NCBI GenBank assembly: GCA_002633005.1
Contig: NMRA01000229.1
Coordinates: 169,371-233,370 of the forward strand
Direction of reading: 5' to 3'
DNA from: Phoronis australis
Taxonomy: Eukaryota > Animalia > Phoronida
Length of the DNA: 64,000 nt
Positions within the stretch are counted from its first letter, which is position 1. Each line of letters opens with the position of its first letter. A program made the position numbers and the translations under genes. Shown piece by piece: positions 1-14,150 of this stretch. The notes below the pieces were generated by a model. That model ran no database searches, was not told where the DNA came from, and saw nothing but the letters and a program-made list of their open reading frames with translations.

Positions 1-699
1 AAGGGTACAAAAAAGGATAAATCCCTCTAAAACAGGGCAAGTTCCTTCTCCAAAAGTTATATTCCAAATTTCGTTTAGATTTACGGAGATATACTACATG
101 TTAACAGTTCTTGGTACATATCGAGGCAGCAACAAGAAAAAACAAAACTGCCACCAGGGAAAAAGACTAGTGTCAGACGTGATCCCTTCAATGAGAACAA
201 CACAATCACTTTGATAATTCTTTGAACCACTTGTCAGAATGAGAAGATGTAGCCGAATCAGACTAGAAAAAAATAATAATAAAAATGACCTCCAGGGGCA
301 CAAAGTACATTCAATGATTCAATCCACTGAAATTGGGAAGGTGCCCTCGTCATCTCGGCAATAGTCAAGGTGGATTTTGCAAACCAGTTCAACGCCCGTT
401 ATTGAGAAGAAAAAAACTGATTCTCAAAACGCGGGACCCTTGCATGTGACCATAACTGTCGTCTAATCAGGAAACGATTTGCCAAATTTCATAAAAATCT
501 GTCAAGGAACATAGCAGATACAGAAGCAAAATAAAAAAATAATATAAGTGGTAGTCAGATTGATTCAGCCTTATTGAAACACAAACACCACATCTTATTA
601 CAATCTGCACATGAAAAGGAACCAATCAGAGACAGGAAGTAAGACTCTGTTTTCTTCTTAGAATGCTTTGGCAAAGGTGTCAAATTCACTTAGTGTTAC

Positions 700-790
700 C
701 TGCAGTCAACGAGGATTAGTTTGGCCAAACCCTTCATTTCCTGAGCAACTTGCACTAAAACTGCCATGGTGCTTTTGGGAACAGATTTTT
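700..790 (-). CDS. PDIA5: Protein disulfide isomerase A5 (PDIR), coding exon 3; gene continues off the left edge
   Basis: Acceptor tttactttgcag, donor GCAG|gtaac; 91 nt, phase 1 to 2; reads (E)KSVPKSTMAVLVQVAQEMKGLAKLILVDC, resembling vertebrate PDIA5 LLSTVAQAVKGQGTICWVDC (recalled, not aligned). Confidence 0.85.
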
Positions 791-1439
791 CTGCAAAGTA
801 AATGTTAAGGACGACAAAGGTAAATTAATCGACCAGAAAAAGACTACAAGTTTCTTTCAACATTTCACTGTGGCAGATCAATTTCAGAAATCTCAAAAAA
901 CCTTTTAACAACTTAAGACTACGATAAAATCTCACAAATCTCAGATAAAAACTAAATGGCAAAATCTCCTATTTCATTTTTCAAGAGCGCTTAATTTTGT
1001 TGCGAATGTCCATAAATTTTCAAAATTTTATCTGTTGGCAGCTGTGCTACAAAACTTCAACATGGAAAAAATTAGTACTGCATACATTACACAGGAAACT
1101 GACTGTGACAAAATAAAATTTCATTAGTTGGCCATGTTGTGCCGTGAATTGGAGAGATTTTGCTGTACACTAACATTAGACGGAGTCTCTTTAATCATAT
1201 AAGTAATCAATGTCTTGACAACGTAGAACCAGTTTCCGAAACAAGATTTGGAAAAAACTGCTTCCAATTTCTATGTGTTATCCACAAGAAAAACTGTATT
1301 GGGAAACACAATTCTAAAGTAAAAGGGCAGTTGATATTTCAAGATAAAAATGATGCCAAAAAACATTGGCTTTGCCCCAATAAGCCACACCCTAGTTAAC
1401 CCATCAACGTAGACCTACATTGGACCTTGCATCACCTAC

Positions 1440-1575
1440 CTGTTCTACAATAAATAACCATCACATTCGTATTGGTTTTCCATATCTTTTTCAAGTCCTT
1501 ATATTCAGATATCTCCTCGATGAGATATGCACTGGATTTTTTGGCCGAGACTGTGAGACGAGTCGGTAACAAAAG
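1440..1575 (-). CDS. PDIA5: PDIA5 coding exon 2
   Basis: Acceptor ttcttcttccag, donor ACAG|gtaggt; 136 nt, phase 0 to 1; LLLPTRLTVSAKKSSAYLIEEISEYKDLKKIWKTNTNVMVIYCRT resembles PDIA5 SSLIERISDPKDLKKLLRTRNNVLVLYSKS; splices in frame to exon 3. Confidence 0.88.
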
Positions 1576-4402
1576 CTGGAAGAAGAACAACATTATGAAA
1601 TGACGTTTGTTGCGAGATGACCGCAAGTACAGTTGTAGCGAACTGAAACAAGCAAGCTTCATTTAAACTAACATTTTTTTTACCCACATCATTCGCTAGT
1701 TGCGTTTTAAAGTTCGGTCATAGCTAGCCCCGCTGCCCAATCACACACTTGTTAAGCGACATCAGCATTGTGAACTTCTGGACTTTATTTCGCAAACTTA
1801 AGTGAGAATCTCAAGTCATCATGTAACCACCACACATCAAAGCAGGGGCTTAAAATAATACAAGAAGTAAACAGATGTCAATTGGTAATTTTTCAATAAA
1901 AAGGGATGATCCTGTAACTGACTCATGCACACATAACCTGCCCTGATTGTTTGTCTAACCCATAGGTTGGTCTGTTTGACATATCCTGTAGAGCCTATCT
2001 AATAAATCACTTGCCAGTGGGCAAGTGCCTATTGGCCGATTTGTTTGGATGCTTGACTCACACACCAGCAGCCTAAGTCAGATGCCGGTTGTTCACATTT
2101 TTTTCCAGTCTGTTGCCAGGATATTTGTAAATGAGGCTATCTTTTAAAGTGATAGGTTGAAAGTTGATTTGTTGTTGTTAGGATGTATACACACGTTTTG
2201 ACTATTAATAAAGGTTACTTATGAACGATAAATTTTTATTTCATTCTGCAATTTGTAAATATTTTGTTTAAAAAATGTCCCCATTTCCCCACAAAATTCT
2301 AGGAACAGGAAAATGTTAACTTGAGCTATCTTCAGTTACTATGTCAAATCAATGAGATGCGTCCTGAACAATGTCGAGTCGGTCCAGTATCTCCATTGTT
2401 ATGATCCGAAAGTTCCCTGTTTTTTGCAAATTTCCTATTTTTAATTAAACTGGAGTTTGCATTTGAAGAAGAATATCAGACCGCTGTGTAGTGAGATGTT
2501 GTGATAATACACCATGGGCTGGGGTGTCTGTACACAGATTTCGCACTGATATAAGACTGCGATGTCGGCGGGATCGAAGTCTGTCAAGTTCACGAGGAAG
2601 TACAAATAAGGCGATCAAACCATTCTTTTCATTTTGAAGTTCTTCAACACCGCTGGAAACATAATGCATTCCTCACAACAAAAATCGAAAAATATTAAAA
2701 TCGAGTGAAGCAATACAAAGATATAGTTTGAGGAATAATTTGGGTCAAAAGTTTAAAACTGCTTACACCGACAGTCTACAGTGAAATTGAAGAAGACGTG
2801 TCTTTACCTACTATTCATGGTAATTCAACAGTTTTCAGCAGTTTAGCTCACAATACCCGTTGGACTTAAGTCTCATCTCCGGCGACACCGATTACTTACA
2901 TGGCGACTTTCATAACTGATGAAGATTTATCTTACATTTTGATACATGCTGCTATAAAAAGAAACTTTGTGCAATTTTAGGTCTTTTGTGTTTCAGTTAG
3001 TATAAGGAAAACCCTATTTATTTCAATGAGAATTGCCCACACAGTTTCCCTTTACAAACCACCAAAAATATTTAATTTTGAAATTGTTTCGAAAGGAGAG
3101 ATAATTATTTTGTTTTCGACACCTGTTGATAATCAGCAAATCTGTTTTCATGCATTAAGTAGCTCTAGTACAAATTTGAAACGAATAAGTGAACATGACT
3201 ATCCTAAATATAAAATGTGAAATGAAGTATAAAACATTATTAACCACCTTCGTAATAAATATGAAATTTTAATTAGTTGTTCTCTATAATAGTATCATAG
3301 GACTTGCCCTAAGCTTGTACAGACTTGTCTGAGCCATGTTGCTGATAGTTTTGGTGCGTGTCCATGTAAATAATAAAGGTGCTGTTTCATAAGTACCAGT
3401 AAAAAGACTTCAGTATCTTCTTACAACAAAGTGTAAAGCAAACATCAATTGGTTAATCATGGTTTAGTTGACAGCACTGTCCTGTGAAATTCAAATTTTG
3501 ATAGAAAACACCGGTGCTGTCTTGCAGTGTTAAGGCAGACATAAATTAAATTACATTAAATTTAGGATTATGATTTAGGAATATGAGGAGATAATAAAAT
3601 TATTAAATTTTGGTCCTGAGTGATAAGCTTACTTAGCTTTTCTCTTAGCCATTTAATCCAATACTGTCTTCCTTTCAATTTTGAAAGAGGCATTAAATTC
3701 AGGTGGCATTACTGATCACGGATACAATTATGCATTTCTTGATCCATGACAGCATTTTTTCGAGTTTCAGAGAACTGTCCGGCAGATATTTGTTCCTCTC
3801 CTAGTTGCTTCTGGTCTCTGACAATTCCCTCTAAGTGCTGGTCCAATGCCCTCAAAGCTCAGCAGTAAAAGGCTTAATCTTGAGATCAAAGTTCTCGTTT
3901 TGCCAAAAATATACAAAATGAAAGGATGTAATTATTTGATATGAAACTATTTCATAAAGGCCACCCAACACACTAAAAAACACAAGAGCTACTACAGTCA
4001 CTGAAACTGTGACAAAAATGCTTATTAAAGTAGGTCACAGGTTGCTACCTCTCATAAATGCCCACCACAGGTTTTTTAACTAAAAACAGCATAGAGAATC
4101 AGAGCAAAAATAACATGATGATTCCAGAAGAACAGCAACTTGACATGGATTCCATTAGATCTCTTACTATTTAAGCTCCAGAGAACCCATGGAGATCTTT
4201 TATATGAATACGTTTTGCTTCAGCAGTTTTCCAATAATTAAGGATTTTTTTTAACAAATATGAGGCACTAACACACATTAAATTAAGATTTTGTTTTAAT
4301 ATACATTCTATGATGTGGTCCTACTGTCTAATTTTAAGACATTGAATTCTCCTTAGAATAACTAGACGACAGTGTAAAGAAAACTTCTCAGCAAATACTT
4401 TT

Positions 4403-4920
4403 CAGGGCTTGGATTGACCAGTGACAAAAAACGCGGAAACTTTGAAACTTTTACGGCCCAAATCATGCCCGATAACCAGCCTTGAATTGGTCAATGTGAA
4501 CCTTTCCCCGACAAACATCGGGACTAAAAAAAAAAAAAAAAAAAAAAAAACGTTACCACCATCAGTAGCATGCGTCTGCGTCCTATTAGCTCGCCCGTCC
4601 ACTCCCAACCCTCACATTTTTGCCTGCAGAGCGGTAGTATTTGTCACCGCGCTTAACAATAACACGAGACGCCATTGAAAATCCCAACACGCTGACCCAG
4701 ATGCCCCGGCAATGTTGACAATTTACGTTCCTCCGAAACATAAAGAGCAACTTCCGCTTTTCGAGGTGAACGTCGTCTGCAACGCCGCGGTAAGAAAGGA
4801 ATTTGCCGCGGAAATTCTATATCAAATCCGATTTTTTTACGCCGAAAAATTTTGAAAAAAGCGGAAAGCACATTTGAAAAAAGCGGAAATCCGCGTTTCC
4901 GCGGAAAATTCCAAGCCCTG
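4403..4920. mobile_element. Non-autonomous hAT-like MITE
   Basis: Terminal inverted repeats CAGGGCTTGGA...TCCAAGCCCTG, internal (C)GCGGAAA repeats, flanks share ACTTTT; GC-richer than the surrounding intron. Confidence 0.65.
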
Positions 4921-5740
4921 ACTTTTTGAAAGTGAAAAAGTCCAATGCATCTAGTTCAAAACCAGAGCAACTTCTGTACTTGATTTTATGGAGGTCTTTG
5001 CAATATTTAATCGTTTTAGGTTCTTAGGTCTGAGAAAAATTCCATCTACTGCAAATTTGGAAAGTAAAAAAATCTAAGTTTATTTTTATTGGCTGAAAAA
5101 ATGTAATTTCACGGGAGTGATGGACATACCTGACGGACATACAAATTTTCCGCACGTCCGTCACGCGATTTCTGACTCGACGAATTATCCCTGGGATCTA
5201 AAATTTTGGTCAATAATATTGAGAAACAAGTTAAAAGAGAATCTGAAATAATTTTAATACTTATTGAAAACTTTTGATGTGACAAAACTTAGCACTTTTT
5301 TGTGATGAACGTACGGCACCATGATATCCAGGAGTTGGCCTTTGACCCCAAGAGTTTGGCGATGCGCTACTGGTCAAATGATATTTTTAGGAAGTCTAGG
5401 CTTCATGTGATTGCACAAATTTGATAACATAGCAAAATACCTATAATGCTCTTATTTATGACAACAGTTAACAAGACACATAAAACCAGGGTAATTTTTT
5501 AGGGTCAAGCGACCTACAAAAATGGGTCCGTTTATAGGAAATTCAAATATGAGCCCTGAAACTAGAGACTGGGCTTTCAGATGACACCAGAAATGTTAAT
5601 CTAGTCACAATTTTAATTCTTTGTATCTAGGTTTACCTTTTCACGGAAATGCCCTTAATGAGTTTTGTATTCACTACTCTGCACGAATTAGTTTTATTTT
5701 GCATGCCACAAGTTATGTTAATGTTTTTGGACCTGAATCC

Positions 5741-6155
5741 CAACGTGACCAGCATACCCCTGCCGCAACCCGGGAACAAGGGTATCCCTGTCCCATTTTT
5801 AGGTCAACATCAATGAAATGCGTAATCCCGGGCTAGGGGCAAACCCCGGCCAATTCTTCTTAGATCAACATCACTGAAATGCCCGTGTGGCTGGCGTAAC
5901 CCCAAAGATAGGGGAATCCCTGTGCAATTGTTTTTAAGGTCAACATCTAGTAAACGCCCACGTGGCTGGTGTACCCCCGCCGCTACCCTGGGATAGGGAG
6001 AACCCCTGACCAATTTTTTTTGGTCAAAATCATGCCCATGAGGCTAGTGTACGCCTGCTGTAACCCAGGGATAGGGGGAACCCTTGACCAATTTTTTTAA
6101 GTCAAAATCATGCCCATGTGGCCGGCATATCCCCACCGTAACCCGGAGAAAGGGA
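5741..6155. repeat. Imperfect GC-rich minisatellite (about 60-75 bp unit)
   Basis: Recurrent units such as GTAACCC-GGGATAGGGG-ACCC-TGACCAATTTTTT-GGTCAA-CATGCCCATGTGG. Confidence 0.75.
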
Positions 6156-8370
6156 GAAAGTTTTCATATGCTTTAGGGATTTTGGCTAATACCTTTAAAA
6201 GTCTAGAATGAGCCTAGCTAGCCTGTATTCAGACTTGATTCAGCTGAAGTCAGATAAGATCATTATTATATTCAATAGGTCACAATTCATTGTTATGCAC
6301 ATAGCCTGTACATGTACTAGGAGACTGATAGGAAACCCAAGTAAGAAATGGATAACAAAAATCGAATTGGTGGTTAAAGCATGTGGTAAGCATGAGATCG
6401 AAACATTGAAATGTCAATTTATTAATTGAATGAAGGAATTAGGGTGAGGATTTATCTCTTTTCACAACTTGCTGTGTTCATGACCACAGATGCCTGAGGC
6501 GACCATAGAATTCGTTCTCACTGCCATCAGTCCTATGCATGTAGACACACAACTCCCTTAGGACAAAAACTACATTTTGTCTTTGTTTTCCCCGAAACCA
6601 TTCTACCATAAGTGCACCTCCTTTACTCAATATTATGGCGATTTTGTGAATGAAAGGACTGAGGGTATACAAAGATGCTTTGTACCTGGCGGGAAATTCG
6701 ATTTGACTGAAAGTGATTTAACCTTTGACCTCGGATAAGTAGCAAACAAATATCCACGCGGTTGTGCGGTTCCAAGGTGGTTCTGTTAATCTTTTTTTCT
6801 CGCTACACAGTATACATTTTGTACTTGAAGTTCCCCCAGAATGAAGATAAGGTATTTTTCTAGACACATGTGAAATATTGTAAAAATAGCCATTTTTGTG
6901 AACAAGGTTTGAGATAACCTAAGATGTTTGGCTTTAAAGTAAGAGATACTAGGTTCATAACTCAAAACAGCAGCCTCTGGAATTTGAGAAGGCGGTCACC
7001 ACCTGGTGACACAACTGGTGAAATTATGGTGGCTCGAAATTTTATCACTTCTTCTGGCGTATACCTCATCCGTTAAGCTCCCATGCTGTGTGGTGAGTTT
7101 CCCCATTTCACTGACTGGGAATTCGGGATACGGTCGAGCCGTTATCAGTTTGACAGTAAAAGCAAGGGGAGTAAATTTGCAAGCCAATGCTTAGTCCAAC
7201 TCAATTATTGTGTGCGTTCATGTGATAAGCTCATCTAATACAGCAACAATGTTGTAAACAGCGCGCCTGATGATAATCTACACTATTTCCAAATGATGTT
7301 CAACAAATGCTGTGAAGATTTTAACCGCGCACAATATCAAATATGCAGCCATTTCATGGAAACTACTATACTTACCGCCATCAATCAGTGATCTGCTACA
7401 ACACGCACTGTTCCTTTTTCATCAGTCAATGTTATTGGGTCGCTATCATCAATTATTAACGTCATCGTTATGTCTGCTCTCGTCATCACCGTCGTTGTCA
7501 CTCTCACCATTGTATATGTCATTGTCACGTGTCGTCACCGTCAGTGTCCAAGAGATACGTAATAATGTCTCAATCAATCAATCAATCTCTTTATTTTATA
7601 GTCAGTTTGACAAAACAGGGAAACACTATCCGAAGGCTAATATCACTGACTGTATATGATGCCGGACCAAGTTATGACGACCCGAAGACGCACATGATGT
7701 AGCAGCATATAGTAAGTTCCCTGAAATGGCTGCCGATCTGATAATCAACAACAGGAGTAACTGAGGGTCATAAAGCAGACATGCGCGGATAGCCACATTA
7801 ATGCAACAATACCAAAATCTTTCATGTAGACCCACCTTTAGTGGATTTATTTAGAATAAATTAGGGTTCATTGTATCCGACAAGTGCAAATTCCTGTGTA
7901 GGAATTTGTCCTGGTCGCAGTTGGTGAGTTAACACTATGCTAAGCACCAACTAGCCAACAACTATATCACTACCAACTCAAACATCGAGCTGGAGCCCCT
8001 GGAGGCCTGGAGGACTATTGAATTTTTTCACAATTTTAGATTTTGCAAAATGCGCATAAATCAGAGGAAATAACCAGTATGAATAGGTTATTTATCACAA
8101 TTTCAATTATTTAATTTTAGTGATGCTTACTTGATGTATTTTAGGCGTCCACGGGTGTAATTGCTTACAATAGATCAAGTGACAGTATCACTGGCACTGC
8201 CAGCCCGCATGAACCTCTAATTAACCCTCATAAAAGCAATTAGCACCCAGATGATTTGCTGCATCTCTGATATGTGCACTCAGTAACATAAACACGTCAA
8301 CATCACATTCAATCATCTTGTACAAGAGACTGTCAACAAAGTAAAAAGGCAGCAAAACTAGTAAACGTAC

Positions 8371-8415
8371 CACGCAGCAGACAGCTAACGAAACAAACTT
8401 GCCGGTGATCGCCAT
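8371..8415 (-). CDS. PDIA5: PDIA5 coding exon 1 (signal peptide)
   Basis: aaaATGGCG start; MAITGKFVSLAVCCV then phase-0 donor GTG|gtacgt; joined to exon 2 it gives a plausible signal peptide MAITGKFVSLAVCCVLLLPTRLTVSA. Confidence 0.75.
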
Positions 8416-8465
8416 TTTGCCACGTAACCACGCACATGCGCGAAACTTACGCCAATAGATGGCGA
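8410..8465 (-). promoter_or_regulatory. Proximal promoter/5' UTR motifs of PDIA5
   Basis: Minus strand reads ATTGG (CCAAT box), GCGCATGTGC (NRF1-like), TTACGTGGCA (XBP1/UPRE-like core) and AAAATGGCG (YY1-like, overlapping the ATG). Confidence 0.4.
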
Positions 8466-9971
8466 TCCCGTCAGTGATCCTGCTGTGCCTGAACTTAGAA
8501 CCCTGTTTAATCTCAGGAGTAAGTCATGGAAATTAGTGTTGCGTGAACTTGGAATACACGAGGAAACTTTAACAAGTTCACTCAAATAACCACGTTCACG
8601 TGAATAAAATTTGCACTGCACTAAACCACATTATATATTATTAAAATAGCGTAAAATCCAACAAATCTTTTTTGCTATTGCCGATTTTATTTACCAGACA
8701 ATATTTGTTTTAACCGGCAAATTCCTCCGATTCTTTGACACAAGTAACGGTAAAGGAGAATGTGAGTGGTTACAAGGCCAATAATTACAAAAATTGTTTA
8801 CACTGAACAAAATATTTCATCTGATTGCCCAAAGATATGATAAATTCCAAATTCACGCATACGCGATCTTGAGATAAAGCAGGATTCCAAGTTCAAGCAC
8901 AGCAAACCCAATGGTTGTTGGTTGGGGTTCTCAAAGAGATAAAGCTCAGTGGTTCCCACTGGAGGCTCAAACTGTCTCAGAACATTCATTCTGTGGACAA
9001 ATACACTGTCTCCGAGTCTGTCGGCTTGTTTCTAGAGGGTCTCGTTGTGAAGGATACAGTGCTCGAGGGTACTCGACTTTTTGAAAGGAATGCAGCTGGA
9101 AAATTAGTTAGAATTCGAGGACGCAACATAGGCCACTATAGTCGGTATCAGTGTTCATATGCGTTGAATGGCTCCCATTTCAACCAAGGTAGGGAGGTTC
9201 GTCTGGTAAACAAAGCTTTACGAAATTTGAAGTGTGATTGATAGGTAGAAAATACGATGTAAAATTATCTGAAATTCTTAAAAGACATTTAATTCTGTAG
9301 ATTGCAAAATAATGTAGTCTGGAGTAGGCCTAACGACTTTTCGGGCTATAGACCCTTCGAACAATAGGCATCGTTTCATTTCTACTGACAGTTTTTATTA
9401 TTTTGATAGGACTCGGAGAGTTTTGCCAATTCATGCAGTTCAAGCAAAACTGATACAGGTAAAGGTAATATGCTTGTTTTCTCAGAGTAGGACATGCGTG
9501 TGAGTTTGAAAAAATAAAGGTTCTATGGAAAATATAAATACACACTTCTGCAGATTCTACACATTTTCGCCAATTTCCTGACATTTTGCACCTTATTTTG
9601 AAACCCTCTGACTCAGTGAGAGGTCATAACAATCGCCACTTTGATTTAATTAATATCATAAAGTTACTATAGAGCCCCATTTTGACTCTTATTCCGTTAG
9701 CATAGAGGCTGTTTATCAGACTTACAGGAATTTGCATTGTAAAGCATTTGCAACAGTTGGCTTCTCAACACATTTTTTTTAACTAGGTGACCCATTAAAT
9801 GTAGAAGCTTGTTTTGAAATCTCTCGTTAGTGAAAAATCATAAGACAACTTTAAACAAGCCAATGAAAAAATGCAAACTTAAAGGTACAGTATAGATCAC
9901 TGCTGGCATAATTTATTTCAGATAAAGAAGTGAGGGAATGCGTATGCTGTTTTTTTCTGACAAGGTGTTCA

Positions 9972-10284
9972 CAGTGGGGGATTTAGGGGGGGGGGGGTAA
10001 GGGGGCAGTGGCCCCCTAAAATTCTACCAGATACCATTTGGCAGTTCGGGTGCGAATTGCTGACTAGCGCGTATACGCGCATCCAGGGAGACTCGGGGGG
10101 TGAATAACTTGACAATACATAGGCCCTGAACAAACCCCGTTTACCGCTTTTTTTAGTCAAACGGTCTGCAGACCCAAAACTTCGAGACCCCTGCATCCCT
10201 ACAGTTTAGGCTGGTTGCGTCTGCGGACATTTTGGTTATTCATGTGTCCTGATCCCCCAACTCAAAATCCTGGATCCGCTCCTG
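9972..10284. mobile_element. MITE with CAG...CTG termini and G-run/C-run subterminal sequence
   Basis: Starts CAGTGGGGGATTTAGGGGG, ends CCTGGATCCGCTCCTG (imperfect inverted ends); GTTCA on both flanks; a related terminus CAGTGGCGGAT occurs near 63427. Confidence 0.55.
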
Positions 10285-11920
10285 GTTCAGTTCTGCTAAA
10301 ATAGTCGAGGGTTATCTTAAGATACATCTTCTGAAAGGTATGTCATATAACGAAAGTTACTTTTATTCAATTTTCACTATGAAATATCTTTGGAAATTCA
10401 AAATTCTTTTCTTAGGGGTGTCCAGGTTATGGTAATATAATTTGAAGTTTTGCTCATTTATTATTTTGTGAAATTTTTTATTAGATGTGCTGAGATAAGG
10501 TTGGTAGATTCTGTAGTGCGAAGGGTCTTTCATAGTCTCTTGTGAAGAGAACCTTTAGTCTTCACTGATCCGTATGACATTGCACCAAAGCTTATGGAAG
10601 ACTGGCGTTTTAGTACAATCGAGTGCAATGAGAATGATGAATGCAAATGATAAAGCTATACCCGCTATAAATTAGGTCTTAGAAACTGTAACAAAAACTG
10701 TTGCATGACATGTCTCACAACTATGTATAGATTATGAACAAGAACAACCTGCCAAACCAGTCCTTCAAACTTTCGTCTTAGCACACTGTGCATGTAGGTT
10801 CAAAAACCTCAATTATATTTTCAGGTGTGTATTCTTATGGAAATTTTAATACAGACAATTTAGTAAATGTTGGTGGAATGATTTCTTCGCTATCAATGTA
10901 CCAAAAAACATTTTGCCAAACACGGGGGCTCACGTGACTACGACAATGGTACAATGTTTGTCTCTATTCCTAGTTTCATAAACTATACACCCTTATTAAT
11001 TGACAGTCGCTAGTATAGTTATTTCAAGAAGACAAAATTAGTAGGGGTGCACGTCACCTTAGCGATATATTTGCTAACTATGCTAATGTACAGCAGGAAC
11101 TAAACGACAATGCTATTTGAACATCATCTACCCTAAACAAAGGGAAGTTGTATTCATTGACATGTTGTAAACGTGAATTTGCTAAATAGGTGACCTTTGG
11201 CTGGGGGCTCTCTTAGCCCTCATCATGCAGTGTTATTCCCCAACACCGCGTCACGATATTTACTGAATACGGATGAGTGATTTGCAGCGGATAATTTTCG
11301 ACACAAAACTTGTTCTTAAAAACATTTGACAAATTTTAGTGTACTGTGTAGTTCATATTCACGTTGTGGCTATATGTTGTGTTTCTAACTAATTTGACCA
11401 AGCAATCACAGAGATACGGAATCAATGTGCAATTCAGTACAAACCTGCTAAGACCCGTGTGATGCAAAAGATGAAGCATTTTGTACATTGTAATATATGA
11501 ATTGTTTCTATGCATGTACATGCATCTCCCCGTTTTGGTGCTAAACATTTGTCATTAAAGATAATTGGGCATTTATAGTTCACTTCATGACAGATCAAAA
11601 ATAATTAATTATCTTCGGGCATGCTCGTTACGCACCAATATCTACTACAAAGCATACTGGAGGAATAAGCTCCGTGCGAAATGAGTGGAACATTTCCACA
11701 AATGCCAATCTTTGGTAGTACTCCTACGTCTTCCAAAATACACATACAGTAGCTTCCTTACTTGTTATGGATATGGAGCATCAAGCTAAAATTATTTTAG
11801 AAAAGCTTATGATATCTCAAGTTCTTAACTAACAAACGACTGGAATTCTTCGCCAAGTCTTAAACAGTTCGAATGATCTCCGCCATGGTTGTATAGCTAT
11901 TTATTCTTTGAGACATAGAC

Positions 11921-12280
11921 TAATTATTTGCGGCGCAAATCAACTGTTATCGCTTTAAGCAAACTATATTAACGTCGCGTATTAACTTCCAAAAGCGCAA
12001 AATAATTATTTGTGGCGTACATTAATTGTTTGCGGTAAAAAATAATTCATAACGGCGTAAATTAATTCTTTCCGGAGTAAATTATTTGTTTGCAGATAAA
12101 TTAAACTCTTTACCATACAAATTAATTATTTGGGTCACAAATTAACTTTTAGCGCTGAAAGTTAATTATTAACGTCGTGAATTAACTTCTAACGGCGTAA
12201 AGTAATTCTTTACTTTATCACGCCGATAAAAGTTAATTTATGCCGCATTATGCCATAAAGAATTGATTTATACCGTAAGC
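11921..12280. repeat. Degenerate AT-rich tandem repeat (about 20 bp unit)
   Basis: Repeated AATTA(A/T)T(T/C)TTT-CGGCGTAAA-like units. Confidence 0.7.
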
Positions 12281-14008
12281 GTCCTAAGGTTATCATGTCT
12301 CACCCTCGTATCATTTTTCTCCAAAATTGATTCGATAGATAGATTTATGAAACTCTTCACTGTACATTTCTTATCGCCAATATCTAGTGACTAGCGACAG
12401 AACAACAATTTTGTAAAATCAAGCAAATAACAAATCTCATTCTTGGCCAAACTTCACTGTCATTGTTTCCACAAAATCTTCCGATGACGTTCAGTAATGT
12501 GATCGGTTTTGCCGGGTGTTTGAATGGTTTCCACAGAATTACGCGAAAACAATCAAATTATGAGGAACGCAGTGTCGAACACAATCATTCAAATCGTGAC
12601 AAATGCCACTTTGTATCGGAATCGTCGGTTTCCATAAGACAACAAAGAGTTCAATGTAACACACATCTGAAAAATTTGTTACGGTAGGTTTATTCACACG
12701 CCCGTCGCACTGATGGGCGTTTTGTAAACACAAGGCATTTGTGACGATAAATCTTTGCTTATGGACCGGAACCGGATATTAATTATATCCCATAATTCAG
12801 CAGTTCATATACGCTGGTCAATCATTCCAGTGGCCGCCATGTCGGTAATATATTGGGCGTTCTTAAAAAATGCCTTTCACTTGAGTGATTTTATATGTTT
12901 TTTTTACTTTTTGTCGTGCATCTACTGTAAGCAGCAGCTGAGTCAACGAACTGTACAAGCTGTGTGGCCCTGCTGCGAATCACACGATGCACCTGTTTGT
13001 TTGTTTGTTGGTATTAGTGTTTTGCAGACGATGAAATGTAAGGCGTAAGGATTTCTACTTTGCACTACTTTGTGATTCGCCCATGTAATATCAAAAAAAT
13101 TACGTATTCGGTGTTATTTTAAACTAGTCGTGTCGTAACTTATTTCAGGTCATGTGAGAAAAAGCAAGCAGACAAAGCCATGCCAGCAATGGACGGAGTG
13201 AAAAATAAATGAGCCTCGTTTTGGCGTCAATTTATCACGTCGTTCAGTGACACGTAAAATCTCAACAACTTTCATGTAGCGTACCACTTTTCAAGTGTTT
13301 CTCTAGAGGCAGCGTAGCCCACTGACACAGCGATGCTTTAGTTAGTCATCCATCAAAAACCTTTACACCGTCATCAATATTTTCTAGCAAACTGCAGTTT
13401 TATGACGTCACTGCTGACTTGGTGGACACGTGACTTTCCAGAGTAAAGCAAAAAATGTAACGCACAAGTTGGCCAAGTCACGAATGGTAACGGGGGTGAT
13501 TATAAATCTCGACCGTGGTTGTTGTTCCTGAAAGCTCTCGTGAACAAGTCGATGCAAATGCCGGCCCGGAATCGACAGGTTTTACTTCAATGACGTAACA
13601 CGAACTTTAGTCGTTCTATACTTTGTGTTAAAGTCTTTGTTGCACGGCACATTCGTTGACACTAAATTTTAAATTGATCCACAGATATCACTCGTAAGTG
13701 TTTTTAATGAATAAGACGCATTGTTAGACGCCCTCAAGACAAAAGTTCTAGGAATCATTACATGTACATTTCTCACAACCGCGGGCTTGATAAACAACAG
13801 TTCAAGGACCACGCAAGACTTTCGTATGTTTAAGCTTTTATGCGCAGCCATGCACGGCTCCCTTTTTAATTTACTTGGGATGCCAGGAAAGCTTAACATT
13901 CAACACATATCCAGTAGAATGTTGAACGCTTAGCATCTAGTGTATGGAACGCCACTATATAGCGTAACATCAATTAACAACAGTCAATCTGAACTGTACG
14001 CAAAGCAG

Positions 14009-14150
14009 CCTCCCGTTCAGTAACGCTAGGACCTCGCTAAAAAGCAAGACTTCGCGAGATTACGTGAGATATTTCCGTGCATTTCAAAGAGAACACGTGA
14101 CTTTGACTAGCTAGGTTTTAGCTAGGTCCTAGCGTCTACTGAACGCACGC
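14009..14150 (+). mobile_element. Small palindromic MITE, copy 1
   Basis: Ends CGTTCAGTAACGCTAGGACCT...AGGTCCTAGCGTCTACTGAACG; an inverted related copy lies at about 23465-23605. Confidence 0.7.

Noticed and set aside
11921-12280. CRISPR-like periodicity in the AT-rich and GC-rich tandem repeats
   Set aside because: Eukaryotic context, degenerate units without unique spacers, and no cas genes.
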